From: Tubiluchus corallicola
Lineage: Eukaryota; Animalia; Priapulida
Direction of reading: 5' to 3'
DNA length: 64,000 nt
Assembly (NCBI GenBank): GCA_030141605.1
Contig: JAQGDQ010000080.1
Location: forward strand, 496,001-560,000
Part shown: positions 1 to 26,700 of the stretch, piece after piece
How the letters are laid out: the number at the start of each line of letters is the position of its first letter
Position numbering within the stretch: position 1 is the first letter of the stretch
Program-made: the position numbers and the translations under genes
Notes under the pieces: model-generated
The model's database searches: none
Seen by the model: only the letters and a program-made list of their open reading frames with translations
Told to the model about the DNA's origin: nothing

Positions 1-67
1 AATTAATGTACTAGAATTTAAATAGGCTCATTATAATAAGACAAGATTTTTAAAATTTTTAAATCAC

Positions 68-13963
<13,896 letters not shown>

Positions 13964-14982
13964 ACTGAAATGAACAAATATTTATTAAAAATACATCAAA
14001 AATTACATTAGCGTCCAGAATACAGCTGATGACCAGTTATGATACTGCTGCCATGTAAAATTTAATTATTTCACATAGATTAGATTCAAGAATACATATG
14101 AATAAAACCAAAAGTGGATGAAAAGCCAGAAATAAATAGCTTCTACAACTTTTCTGAGAAATCCTTGCCAAGCAATGAAATTTGCATAGAGCATAGCCAT
14201 TAACTGAGTTCACATAAAACAGTTGTATCTTTGCTTTATTTCAATGGATATTTTGATTTATTTATAGTAAACAACATGACAAACTTAAAGAATCTGTATT
14301 ATAATTGCTTGCAGTGTTTTAGTGCATTAAAGCACATGAAAAAAGCTAAAAAAAAGGTTAAGGTGCTATGCTCCTTAATGCATCTATAAATTTCATTAGA
14401 CTCTGATTTGATGTTAATCGTCTTTCTTCAGTTACCTGAATGGTGATTCATTTGTACAACTACTACTTCTAGCAACTAGAAGCTAGAACAGCAATACTGA
14501 TTTTTAATTCTAGGGACATTAATAAATTAGGTTATACAAAAATTTTCTTATCATGTTGTTGAAGTTAATCAATAAAATAGGATAACTTGTTTTTCTATTT
14601 ACACTTCTTACATTCAAAGTGACATCACCTGTTTCCATAAGCTGTGCAAAAGACACCTTTCATGTTTACTGTCTTATCTTTCAAAAAAGAAAACGGAAGA
14701 TCATCAGAACACAAACCCAGTCATGACATTAAAAAAAACTGCAACACAAATCATTTAACTAAGTATCAAATTGTGTTTTTTCTTCAAAATTTGCTTCTAT
14801 TGAGGTATTTACTTGTTGTTAGCTAATGAATCATTGAAATTTCTGTATTTCTTCCATAAAATTAATTTTTTAATTGCATTTGTAAATCACAGATTAACCT
14901 CAAAGAAATAAAATTAAAATTGAGAACATAAATCTGCTGAATTTTTGTGTTTCATTTTCAATGTCAGGTCAAAATGAAGCAC

Positions 14983-16900
14983 TAGTGATGTCTGGTTAAT
15001 CAATAAAAACTTGTAATTCAGTTTTTTACCTTGACGATTAATCTATCGAGCATTTTTTGTTCAATTTTAAGTCAATTAACCGACTATGATAATTAACTGA
15101 CTGAAGTTATATCCTCCCAACTCAATATTCTAAATTTTTTTTGCACTTTAGTCTGCTGTGTAGCCTGTGATTGATTGCTGATTTCAGTCTGTTGCTGCAT
15201 TTTGCAAGCATGCATTATAATATGACGCCGAAAGTCAATCTCTAATTACTACGCTACATTTATGCCTATGCAAAAGCGAATGCTCCAGTGAAGTGCCATA
15301 TTTATTGAAGTGCAGTAATACATTACATTACCTTTTTACTGTTCAAGTTTAAATAGATAAGCAAATTAATGTACAACTACTTGCTGTAAACCTGTAAATG
15401 TTTTCCGAATCCAAGATGTTGAGACCTAGCGGAATTGATTGAAATAAAAGAACAACCTTTTAATTTTCATTTTAGTATTACAAAAATAGCAATTCTCATT
15501 ATCAAAGTTCTATGACCACTCATCAGTGTCACAGTTTTCATTGCTTTCATCCATAAGGCCTGGTAATTGTAATTTTTTTTCATAAAAATACTGCTTTGGA
15601 AAGTGATTTTGGAGAAATTCTATGTGTTCTACAACCTGAACAGTTACCAAGCAACAATGGAAACTTGTTCTGATTCAACTGATGTAATATTTGCACATGA
15701 AATCTCTCATCAGACAGTCTATATAGATGAAAGAAGTTCTTGCAGTTTACTCTCTACCATGTAAGGGGTTCACAGTGTGTGTTTCTCGCTGTGATTCGAA
15801 GCACTACAACTCCACCCTGATAGCAATTAGACAAGGTATTTTTTTTACTTGTTCTACCTCATTAGCATTTGTTGCAGTTGCTCCATCATTTTTGTTCTTT
15901 TCTTTTTTTTGACTTTATCTGAAAAAGTTTCACAGTAGCTTTTCCTTTTTTGGACTGCTTCTAGCTTCAACAGTTTCACAACTGGCTTCTTCTACATCCA
16001 TTTTTATCTCTGTATGAAATTTTTAGAAATTATTTTTTCTTCACGTACAAAAGCAATTCTAAATCACGGATCTAAGAAAGTTCCTCTGTTTAACAAAACA
16101 AGTGGTTTCAGCATTGCATCTATATCATCGTTGTTGTCATCATCACTGTACCTCAAACTGCAGTGCATTGCCAACTGGTTCAGAAATAGCTTCATCAGTG
16201 ACCAAATTGTGACACGGCAAACTCAGTTTCTCCTGTCCATCAGTTTAAAGTTTTTCCTGGGATGAGCAACTGAAAGAACCAACTAAGGTCTTTAATCTTC
16301 TCTGAGCCCTTTCTGTTTTTGTATCTGCATTCCTGGTTTAAAAGTTAAGTCAAGGCAGTATGAAAGCACGGAATCCAGGCCACTTTCGTTAACTGTTTCA
16401 CAGTTTTAACTACATCACTGCAATGGTCAGCAGTGCAGCAAACAACATTAAGCTTCCAACTTGACAGCATAGTTTCACAAGCAGCCTTTACCTTCTCAGC
16501 TGTATGATTAGCAGGCATCACACTCTAGTCTAAATACCACGATTCAATATCCAATTCCGCATTTACAAAATGTAGCTCTAGTCATGGCTGAATATGAGCT
16601 GCAACTTTCCCACAGATCAAATGTGAGTAGGCACTGTTTGCTCTGCACCTTGTTTGCAGTTTCATTATACAGTTTAGATTATGCATTCATAAGAATGCAG
16701 ATCAATCAGGTATGCTTACTGAGTCCAAAATTCCTTTTCACCTTGAGTAAGATGGCAGGCACTAGAATGTCTACAACAGTGTCTACTAATGATGGTAGGA
16801 AACATTCATGAAGTAGTAATTTTATAACTTTAAGACTGTTAGATCTTGCAACAGCTTAAAAGTTTAAACCTGTACTCAAAATTTTAGATACAACTATCTT
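14983..16900 (-). mobile_element. Decayed hAT (Ac/ZBED-like) transposon with transposase pseudogene
   Basis: Minus-strand fragments with stops and frameshifts: LTFDLWES (DxW), PANHTAE, WIPCF, TFLDP*F, NPLTW and ITSVESEQV (dimerisation domain). A TAGTGATG terminus with GATTAA/TTAATC subterminal repeats lies at 14983. The upper boundary is approximate. Confidence 0.75.
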
Positions 16901-17379
16901 TCTATGCTATTTACTATTTCTAAGCTGACTCAAAGCGAAAAAGGTTAATTTTACAGTAATGGCTATCAGACTTTTGTTTCAAAAGTTCCGATTAAATGGA
17001 ATACGCTTAATCATATGGACAACTCCAGTTGTACATTTATAATCGTTCCTCTACCGGGTAGATTGCAGTTCAAATGGTTCTTTTTAAAGCACTCTCAATA
17101 ATTAATGTTAATGAAATGCCACCCAGCTTTGATGGTCACCTACCTTTAGCAACTACAACACAACAAATAGTTTACTCTTAGAGAAAAAACGATTTTTGAG
17201 ATCATACGTCATACTCACTGTCTATAATTGACAGATATAAGTCGGTAAAGTCTGGCAAAAATAACCTCTAAAATCCGCGGTTTTTACACTTGAAAGTATA
17301 TTTTTAAGTTTTTTTCTGAAAACAAAAAAGTGGATAAAGAAATGAACTAATAATGTAATAAAAGCTCAATGTATTGGAA

Positions 17380-18600
17380 ATTCACGGTGATTCACAAATT
17401 CCACAAGCAGCAACACTAGAAATCTTAGAAATTCAAAACCACAACTTGACCAAAGGACAATTATAAATGAACAAAAAACTCGCCTTTAACATTAAGAAGA
17501 CTAAATATATGGTGATTAAAATGTCTAAAAGCCAAAGAACAAGATGAAGTAATAAATGTAGCACTAAGAAATGGACTAGTACAGCAAAATAAAGAGCATA
17601 AATATTTAGGTGACTGGATAAGTGAAAAGAACAATTGCAGTACCATGTTATATGAAAGAAAAAACAAAATGAAATTTATGGTAAGGGAAATCAATAATTT
17701 TGGCAATCAAGTCTAAGGTGGGTACTATGGCTATTAAATGTAAATTACAAATGTTTGAAACAATGGTTTACTTTCAAATAGTGAAACATGGACCAATATC
17801 AGTGTTAGTGAATGGAAACTATTGAGGAAATTCAGTATAAAGCACTAAGCAAACTATTAAAATTAAAAAGGAATACACCATATTGGGAATACTAGTTGAT
17901 TGAAACGAATATATGGCCATTGAAACAAACAGTTTTGTACAACAATTTAATGTTTTTAGAGAGTTTGCTAAAATCAGACAATGACAGATTAGCAAAGCAA
18001 ATAATACTAGAAGAAAAACAAACATAATACAGTAACTGCTGGCAAGCAGAAACCAAAGAAATCGTTAAAAATTGTCGTCAAAAAAGAACACCTAACAGAA
18101 AATTTGTTACAAATAATTGAATCACAACAGAAAAAGAAAGTTAAACTTATACATAGCGAGAATATAGAAAAGGAATTTGAACAGAGAAAAAGCCTATGTC
18201 AGAACTAAAAGTTTTTTCAGAAAAAATCCTACGTGTTAGCTGGCAATGAAATTGAAGTGAGAGATTTATGCACATTAGATTAAACATGATAGTTGTTAAA
18301 GGAAAGTACGTAGTAACAAAAGTAACCTCGATTGCTGTATATGTTATAAGAAAAAAGACTTTACAGAACATGTGATGGAATGTAAGGAGGTAAAGAACTT
18401 AAAGGTGTGGCAAGTGGATGCCAACGACATATCAAGATTGACTAGGCAAACTGTGCAATAGGTGTATCAAACTATTGAAAGGCTACTCAACTACAGAAAG
18501 TAAATTCAGTAAATTTATACATTTCAACAAGTGTTAAATATTGTGAAGTGATTAATTGGGAAAGTGATTCAGTGTATTGTATCTTGCATTTAAATTATTT
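17380..18600 (+). mobile_element. Degenerate non-LTR retrotransposon 3' portion
   Basis: A-rich strand with fragments resembling RT C-terminal sequence (HKYLGDWI, NSETWTNI, TPYWGILV); many stops. Confidence 0.6.
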
Positions 18601-18961
18601 GAGTGCTGCTATTTAGTAGAGGGGATACTGCGGAGGCACGGAAGAGATAGAGCCACAGAAATACCGAAATTGGCGCAGTTAGTGTCGCCCTAGTGGCAAA
18701 GCATGAAAGACTGTTCATGCACTGATGTGGGAGCAGTAGACAGCTGAAACTGTCACCAGTCTATTTTTAAAATTACCCGAGAATGAGCCAGGTAATTAAG
18801 TCAAACTATTTAATTATAATACTGTTCGATAATAAATTAAATATTATTTTTGTACACTAAGTAACAACTTTACAAGGCCCAAGTGGGTGTAATCCTACAT
18901 TCGTCTATGGTAATTTGCACAACTGTAATTTTTTTAAATATTATTTTGAAGTAGAATAAAG

Positions 18962-19220
<259 letters not shown>

Positions 19221-19689
19221 GTATCTATTTATTTGTTTCTTTAGTATGTGCATGCATCCATTTATTAGATTACATGTCCAGTATCCATCTGCCTGCCTAC
19301 ACTTGCGTCTACTTGTTTGATAGTTCGTTTGCTTACTTTTTCGCTTGTTTATTTATTCGTTTATAATCTATTCCTTTACTCATTGATTCTTTCAGAATGT
19401 CACTTCGTTTTGAGCATAATCGATTGTGCTGCCCGCTGATAAGAGCACAAAGTTTCGCGCAGTAATGACTTGCAGTATTGTTAAGAACTAATAAAAGGGA
19501 AGTTCGTCAGTATTAAAAGAACGGCAAGATCCGAACTTAGCGCAATCTAGTCTGGTGTAGAAATAACTTATAATGGATGTTTTACAAACGTAAATTAACA
19601 AATCTAAAGTAACAGAATTTGCGTCTTTTATAACATGATGCAAACAGAACTCTAAAACTACAAACAACTAGAACAAGTAGCACCAGCAA

Positions 19690-19890
19690 GATTAAATGAA
19701 CTCAGAGAGGTTGCCAGACTCTTATTTATTGGAACTGGGTCCCAGCGACATCTGGGTGGATGGCAGCAGAACTCGCCATGTGTGACTTGGAAAACACGAG
19801 CTCAGCAAATACCGAATGTATCGTGATATGTTCGAGAGTGAAATACATGCCAGACCCGGATAGGTACTTCAATACCATGATAGCATGTTA
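19690..19890 (+). mobile_element. Possible RNase H remnant of a LINE
   Basis: Frameshifted WVP..H.GVDGS-ELA resembles the retroelement RNase H motif WVPxHxGxxGNExAD. Confidence 0.35.
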
Positions 19891-20996
19891 ATAAGACAGG
19901 TCAGTTAGAAATTAGAAAACTTTTTGATAACGGTATTTTTTACCTTTAATTTTGTGTGTGGCTTGTTGTCATTTAGCGGACCCGAAAGGCAAAATATTGT
20001 TGTTTTTTCAGCAGGCATTAGGTTATTCATTTGAGAGACGATATAACTAGATCACGAAACGATTTACAAAGTGTCTAGCAAAGCCCACACCTGGCAGACA
20101 TTTTGCTGTTCCCTACATCACATTTTTATAAAGTTTTACGGATATGGCTTAAAGCAAAACTATGGAGTTCCTCACCCGAATGAACCATTGACAAACCAAT
20201 TGCGATTTTAATGCGTCACCCATTACAGTTTGTAGTATTGGTTAGTACGTCTTTCTGGCATTAGGAATTTTTCTTCATTTAAAATCTTTGTTTCTAGACT
20301 GAAGCCTGCCTGATGAATCTCAGATTTTCCTTAGTCATTGTTACTCTAATGCTGTCGTCTTATCCTATATAGTTTCAGGCAGTATTGATAGGCTTCTTTT
20401 CAAGCGAAATGATTTTTCATTAAGTTCCCTTTGACAAGTAAGCAATTAATTATGTTTGTATAGAACTCGAAGCTTACAAACGTTTAGACGAAGACACGCT
20501 CATAAACCTGTGTTCTTGAAAAATATAATGTATACAGGACTTTGACTGGACCTAATATTAGATCAATTAATCTACAAAAGAGCATTATTAAGCACAAGGT
20601 ATTCAGCAAATGTTACTTATGTTACATAATCATCTACTCATCGTAAAAAAGTTTAACCTAATAACTTTGTAAATGCTTGTGGAAGATAAGAGAATTTTGG
20701 CTCTTTGTGAAAAACAGCGACTGTTGAATCGAATAGGATAACTGTAAGAAATTCGATGGTATCTATACGGTCTGTTCCAATTTACAATACTGGAGCCGTG
20801 AGAAGTGATGTGTAATATTTTTCCTTTTACATATATACGTTAATACATAATTACTACTATGTTCTGTTATTAGGCTGCAGCACATCTTAACCAACACTTC
20901 CCATTACATTAGTAACTTTAGCGTATCTGAGATTAAAATACATCTAAGTAGTACAAAAATAATTAAAAACTTTCTTTTATATATTTCTTGTATATT

Positions 20997-20997
<1 letters not shown>

Positions 20998-21046
<49 letters not shown>

Positions 21047-21058
21047 ATATATATATAT
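20998..21058. repeat. (AT)n microsatellite
   Basis: Directly visible. Confidence 0.95.
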
Positions 21059-21784
21059 TGATTACTTAAACTAGCTGTACTGTAGAGTGTAGACTGACAA
21101 ATGTTCAAACTGCCCACTACTTATCGATTGTTTGGCTGAATTTTTTTTAATGCCAAATTCAAACGTCTATGTGTTACATTGCATTCATATTCTCAGCATA
21201 TCTGGAATTGCTATCGCCTGGATGGAGCGTGCTTTTTCTAAAGCTACAAATGCATAAAATAACCACCCACACATAACCAATCAAATCTTACAATGTGTAG
21301 CTCATAAAAATCCCAAATGATTAAGAATTGGAACAGTTAATAAAAAACTCACATAAAGAAATCAGAAAAAAATATTGAGGTTGACAAATTAGTGTGTTAC
21401 GTTACGCTTCAATTAAAAAATATACTGGAGTGTTTTTCTCGTGTTTTAATAATTCTCTATTAAACACCATATTTTCTCTTATTTCTTTGGTGTTTGACTA
21501 TACTACACTACATCATAACACGACACCGCAACATCAAGCGCATGATCCGTACTTAACTACTAAACCTCTTTTGTAAGGTTTGATCGCTGCCAGTTACTAC
21601 GTTTGCGCATGTTTGTCTAGTATTTAATCAAATTAGCCTACGCAGGTATTCATTAATAAAATCTACTTCGAAAAATCGTTTAAGCCCTTCGACTTCAGTT
21701 TGAGGATTTTTGCAGCTTATTCAAATTAATACAAACGGAGGCTATATTTCAATGCAAAGTTATGAAAGCTTAGTTTTTTCATAA

Positions 21785-22789
21785 ATGTTTAAGTGCAATA
21801 AGTGCAAAATGAAACCAAGTTTAAAGAATGTTTTACTTTTTGCATTGGCTGTCTTCTGCATGGCATTAATTACCAAGTCAAGCTCAGCGTATCACATGGG
21901 CTTTTACAGCAAACGAGATAAACTACCGAGGTATGTGCGCAGATTTTTAGTTAGTTATCCATCAATGTTTTGCAATTTTATGTTTAAATTTAAAAAGCGT
22001 TAGTTTATCGAATTTTCACGTAAATAAATCGTTTTAATGGCGTTTGTGGTAATTTTCGAAGATTACGCTTGTTTAATTAATATTTTATAATTATATCAGC
22101 CTAACTGTACTATTCTAAAACACTCTGTTTTAGATTATTACGATTCGCTCTATAAACCGAAATAATTCTACTGATTCTTTACTATTTTTCGTATGACTCA
22201 TCAGTTCACTTTTGAACAGGTCGTATAATCGTGAAATGCATATAATATAATATTGTATTCATATAATACAACAGCAAAAATAGGTATAAACACTTTCAAA
22301 TTAAAAAAATGACAACTTACATTAATAGACTGTGTAAAATATTCGTCAGGACGAATTTTCGTTGTCAAAACAAAACACATACTGAAATAATCTGTATTAT
22401 GCGGACTCTGATTTTTTTCAGTTTTCCATATGAAATTTATGACAAAAAGTCTATCAGTGGTCCAGTGCAAAGACGAATATACAACTTGCAGTAAGTAATA
22501 ATTTACTAACTATCATTTTCATTGTTGGATTTTTTTTATTTCCTAATGCTTCATCAGATCGAATATTAATGCATTTTGCAAAGTTACAAATAAGCAGCTA
22601 TGTACAGACTTGTTTCCAAAGAATGCCAATATTTCGTACAAAAGAAATGACATGCTGATTCTGTTTTGTTTCAGCAAAAGAGTTTGTGCTATTAATGGAG
22701 GCATGTCTCTATTATGTGAGTTGATGGAAGGCGGTAATAGAAGGCACAACATGGCTGGTGCTATTAGTAGTGCAGGACCTGGTAAATAG
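21785..22789 (+). CDS. Calcitonin-type neuropeptide precursor (3 coding exons)
   Basis: Exons 21785-21930, 22422-22490 and 22675-22789 are joined by phase-2 GT-AG introns. They give signal peptide (NVLLFALAVFCMALITKSSSA)-YHMGFYS-KR-DKLPSFPYEIYDKKSISGPVQRRIYNLH-KR-VCAINGGMSLLCELMEGGNRRHNMAGAISSAGP-GK-stop. This is a 33-aa peptide with an N-terminal Cys pair and a C-terminal Pro-amide signal. The start may be the second Met (21809). Confidence 0.9.
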
Positions 22790-23738
22790 CTTTGAAAGAC
22801 TGCTTTTTTTATAATTATTAAGACCATGTAATTGTACGCAGATGAAAATTTATGTAAATTTTTAAGTCAAAATAAAAAAAGCAAACACATCACGCAACTT
22901 TTCGTACAAAATGATTGTGATTTATTATTTTTTCTCGTTATTAGCTTTATTATTACTACATTAAACATTTATAGTTAGTTTAAATATTATTAAACACGAA
23001 TAAATAGTATCACAGAACAAAAGAATAAACAAGTTGAGCACAGAGCCGGTTACCGGCTGTAAGTACCTTTGCTATATATGCAAATAATGATTATAACAAA
23101 TAACTGACAACTATTCACTATTTATACATTCATAAAAATTGGTCATTACTTAATTTGATCAATACCCGATTTAGTCAAGTAATTAGAAAGGTAATATTAA
23201 AATAAGTGCGCAGTCTAATAAATAAATTACTAACAGGACACGGCAGAAACTGCTTGGAAACGAAAACTCGCTGTTACCGAGTGACCATACAGTGGACAGC
23301 GCGACAACAGCAGGTGGCAAACTTTAAGGGAACATTATGTAACGGCTAGATGGAAATCATCAAAAACGACTGCATAAAATATTATCAGCATTTTAATCTG
23401 AAAAATTACAACTCTCAGTGGCGCTCAAAAGACTGAAATACATTACACAGCAGGTATAGAAAGAAATTTTCATTAAATAATGATGATAAACTGGTAAAAA
23501 TTGGTAATGTTTACATGCCAACAACTCGTAACTACTATCCATGTTCACAGGTAACATTAAATTTTTATCTCATTTGTTTTAAACTTTAATGTTGAGATTC
23601 CAAGTGTAATATTATTTCTGCTCCTATAACGCAAAGTGCTGTAGTCCAACAGATTCAACAGATTCATGTACGTTATTCTGGTTTAGAAAAAAACTTTCTT
23701 AACTATTATCAATAAACGTACTCTGATCTAATCTTGAA

Positions 23739-26700
23739 TTAAAGGCCGACAGGATTTCCCGTATATGGATATCTATTAGGGCAGTACTGTGCGCAAGTAT
23801 GAAAAGTTCTGTCACCAGGATGAGATTCTGAATTAGGATGAAACGTAACATTATGGTATTCACAACGAAGTGGATGTTCGCACACTTTCTCAAAATCCCT
23901 AACGTCGTCACAGTTGAAGATATCGTAAAGGTCATGGCCAATAGGTGTGGGATTGCGTATCCAAGACAATGATTGACTTACAGTAACAAACCAGACATCA
24001 CCTTTTTTCTGAAGCTCGTCAATAAAATCTTGTAGTGCTTCAAGATTATAATGGCCTTCGTGAAACCAACGCGGACGGAGATGTAGAGGGAATGGGGCGC
24101 GGTTTGACTCATAATGCCTGTAAAAGTTGGTCCTCAATAATTGTAGTGCCTCTTCCTTATCTTCTGGAAAATGGCAACCATCAACATTGTTGCAGACAGT
24201 GCTATTAGTGTCTAAGTAGTCAACCATGGGTACTTCCCACATACTAGGGAATGAGGCAGTAGGACATGGTGGGACCACGCATTCTTGAGTAGATCTATAG
24301 TCGAGTGTATATGGCCAAAGCGGAGGATACATTTGCTGAGTTGGCCAGGAATTATCCCATAAAAATCCGTTGTTTTTCATCATGGCAAACTGCCTGTTGC
24401 CACCCATTTGGAGGTACGGTGCACGCATGCCTAAAACCCGTGAAGGAAGGACTTTACTAAAGAGCGCCATAGTTTGTCGTTGACCTGCCATTTCGCCTGT
24501 CCATGTTTGTTCAGATGCATCTCGCCAGTAAGTTGATGGCTGGCGATGACTAAAAAAGAAAAAGCAAGGCATAAAAGAGAAATGAGACATAACCAATTAT
24601 ATGGTGCCACATGCAAAAATCTTTCAGTGAGTTTGACATATTCTCCGCATGTCCAATATGTTGTCCACGGGAGGTTACAACCGTGCGAACCATGGAGGAG
24701 AGCGTATGAAGCATAATGGGGAGGTAATCAACAGCAAGTGTAAAAGTAATAATTATTACAACCTGCAAAATATGGAATATAAATTGGACGAGGTCTACCT
24801 TGGTTTTGACAAAATAATTGTAGGATGCAGTTTGGGCGTATAACTAGGTGCTTGGGACTATGTCTACTCTGCAGAAACAAAATTTACACTCAAAACTGTT
24901 GCGAAAAATGGGCAACAAAACTGGTATATAAACACTATGGCAAAATACTTTCAATTACAAAAACAAACAAAATTAATCTATCATCCAGTTTTGTTGCCCA
25001 TTTTTCGCAACAGTTTTGAGTGTGAATATTGTTTCTGCAGAGTAGACATTGTCCCAAGCACCTAGTTATACGCCCAAACGTTTGCCTCAGTGAATCCTAG
25101 TAAACGGATTATTATAGTTGACAGGCTTCACTCAATACTAATTTTCTTTAAGTTTGAATTTGTTTAAAATTTTCAATATATGAAAGAGCTGTCAAACAAA
25201 GTTTTGACAAGCATTAGTTTGTCGTGGCAACAAACGTTTCTATGAACTACAACTGAATAAATACCCAAAGTGATTTCCCGCTGACCCGTTATTAATTGAC
25301 CTGTAATAAATTCACGCAGCGGCAGTGCGTTACAATATTGAGCATTCATTAAGCTGGTTATTCCTTAATGAGCTCCCATCAATTTTAATTTCTGGTGTTG
25401 GATTCTGCATGACTGGTATTAAATTATAACGCAATTTTACATTACAAATTGGATTTCAATTTAACGAAATGTAAAACTCTACTTATTCCGAGCATCAATT
25501 ATCATTAATGTACGATTTAAAAATCTGGAAAGAGTAATTTGGCAAATTGTATACCAGCTTTAAGTCTCGGGTCCGAAATATCATTAATTTTGAATCTACA
25601 AATTTCTAAATCTCATTATGGTAACCATGCTAAAATTTTTGTGTATTGAAAACGTATTATGCATATAATGTTATGTTAATATTAATTATAAAATGTGGAC
25701 TACTATAACTAAAAAAATAACAAACTAAACCGCTTTCTACTGAGTAAAGTGATCATGATGTAAAAGACCAGTTATAATGCAGGTATATATACGCCATGTC
25801 TCTGAACGTCTCGTCTATAATAGTCTGAAATCAATGTATATTAAAAATTAAACCCGAAGAAAGTTCACATTGTTGACTTGCCTGAGAGAAAGTGTTGCAA
25901 TCTCGACTCCTTGTTTGTAAAGCATTTCTAAAATGACGTATTCCGTAAATTGATGAATATTGAAGAATGTCGCTCCAATCCTACAGCCATTTGGGTTTTT
26001 CCTAGGTGTTCGTCGCCTGTTTCGTCCTACCTTATTAAATATCTGCGAATCAAAAATCCAAACAACATTAAGATGAATCATTGTTAATAAATAATAATTA
26101 TTCTGCAAGCAGTTTCCAATTAGTATTTGTTGGCATGCTTTGATCTAGAATTACATATATTCTTGGAAATCGAAGTACTAACGAAATAAACTCATTTTTA
26201 AATAAATGTATTATACCCGTGCTTGTATAACTGTTTAGCTTTGTTATTGATCGCAATAATATCATGGTCTTTAAATCTATTTGTGATTCTCAGAATTACA
26301 GACACAGGCGTCATCAAGTAACTTAAGTTATTGATAATTCTGTATACATTACCTGAGAATACAGATGCTGATAATCTTCAATTCTTGCTGCGCCTTCGAA
26401 AGTCATCAGTACAAGCTGAGGAATTTCCGAGGGCAGCAGATCTCCAGGTATTTCTGTGCTTGAGCAATGACAATCGGGAAGGCGACAGGACCTTGGCTCA
26501 CAAGGAAGAGCTGAAACAGAAACAGTTAAACTAGGTAAATAGAAGATGCCAACTTGTTCCTTCTTTTCCCTGATGTCACAAAAAAGTTTATTTATCATTT
26601 AAATAAACTGAAAGAAAAAAATGCGAAAAAGTCGGGATTAAGTCTGAATCTGAGCTAAGAATCTTTAGAATACGTCAAACATCTTAATGCGCCTAACCAT

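Noticed and set aside
18682-18698. CTCF-like motif (GTCGCCCTAGTGGC) in a GC-richer patch upstream of DDX42
   Set aside because: Spacing is off from the consensus, and the DDX42 TSS cannot be located from sequence alone.
22133-22175. Candidate exon after TTTTAG in calcitonin intron 1
   Set aside because: The phase-2 join hits a stop after six codons and there is no good donor; 22422-22490 fits both phases.
22543-22827. 94-aa minus-strand ORF
   Set aside because: Antisense shadow of the calcitonin exon; no recognisable motif.
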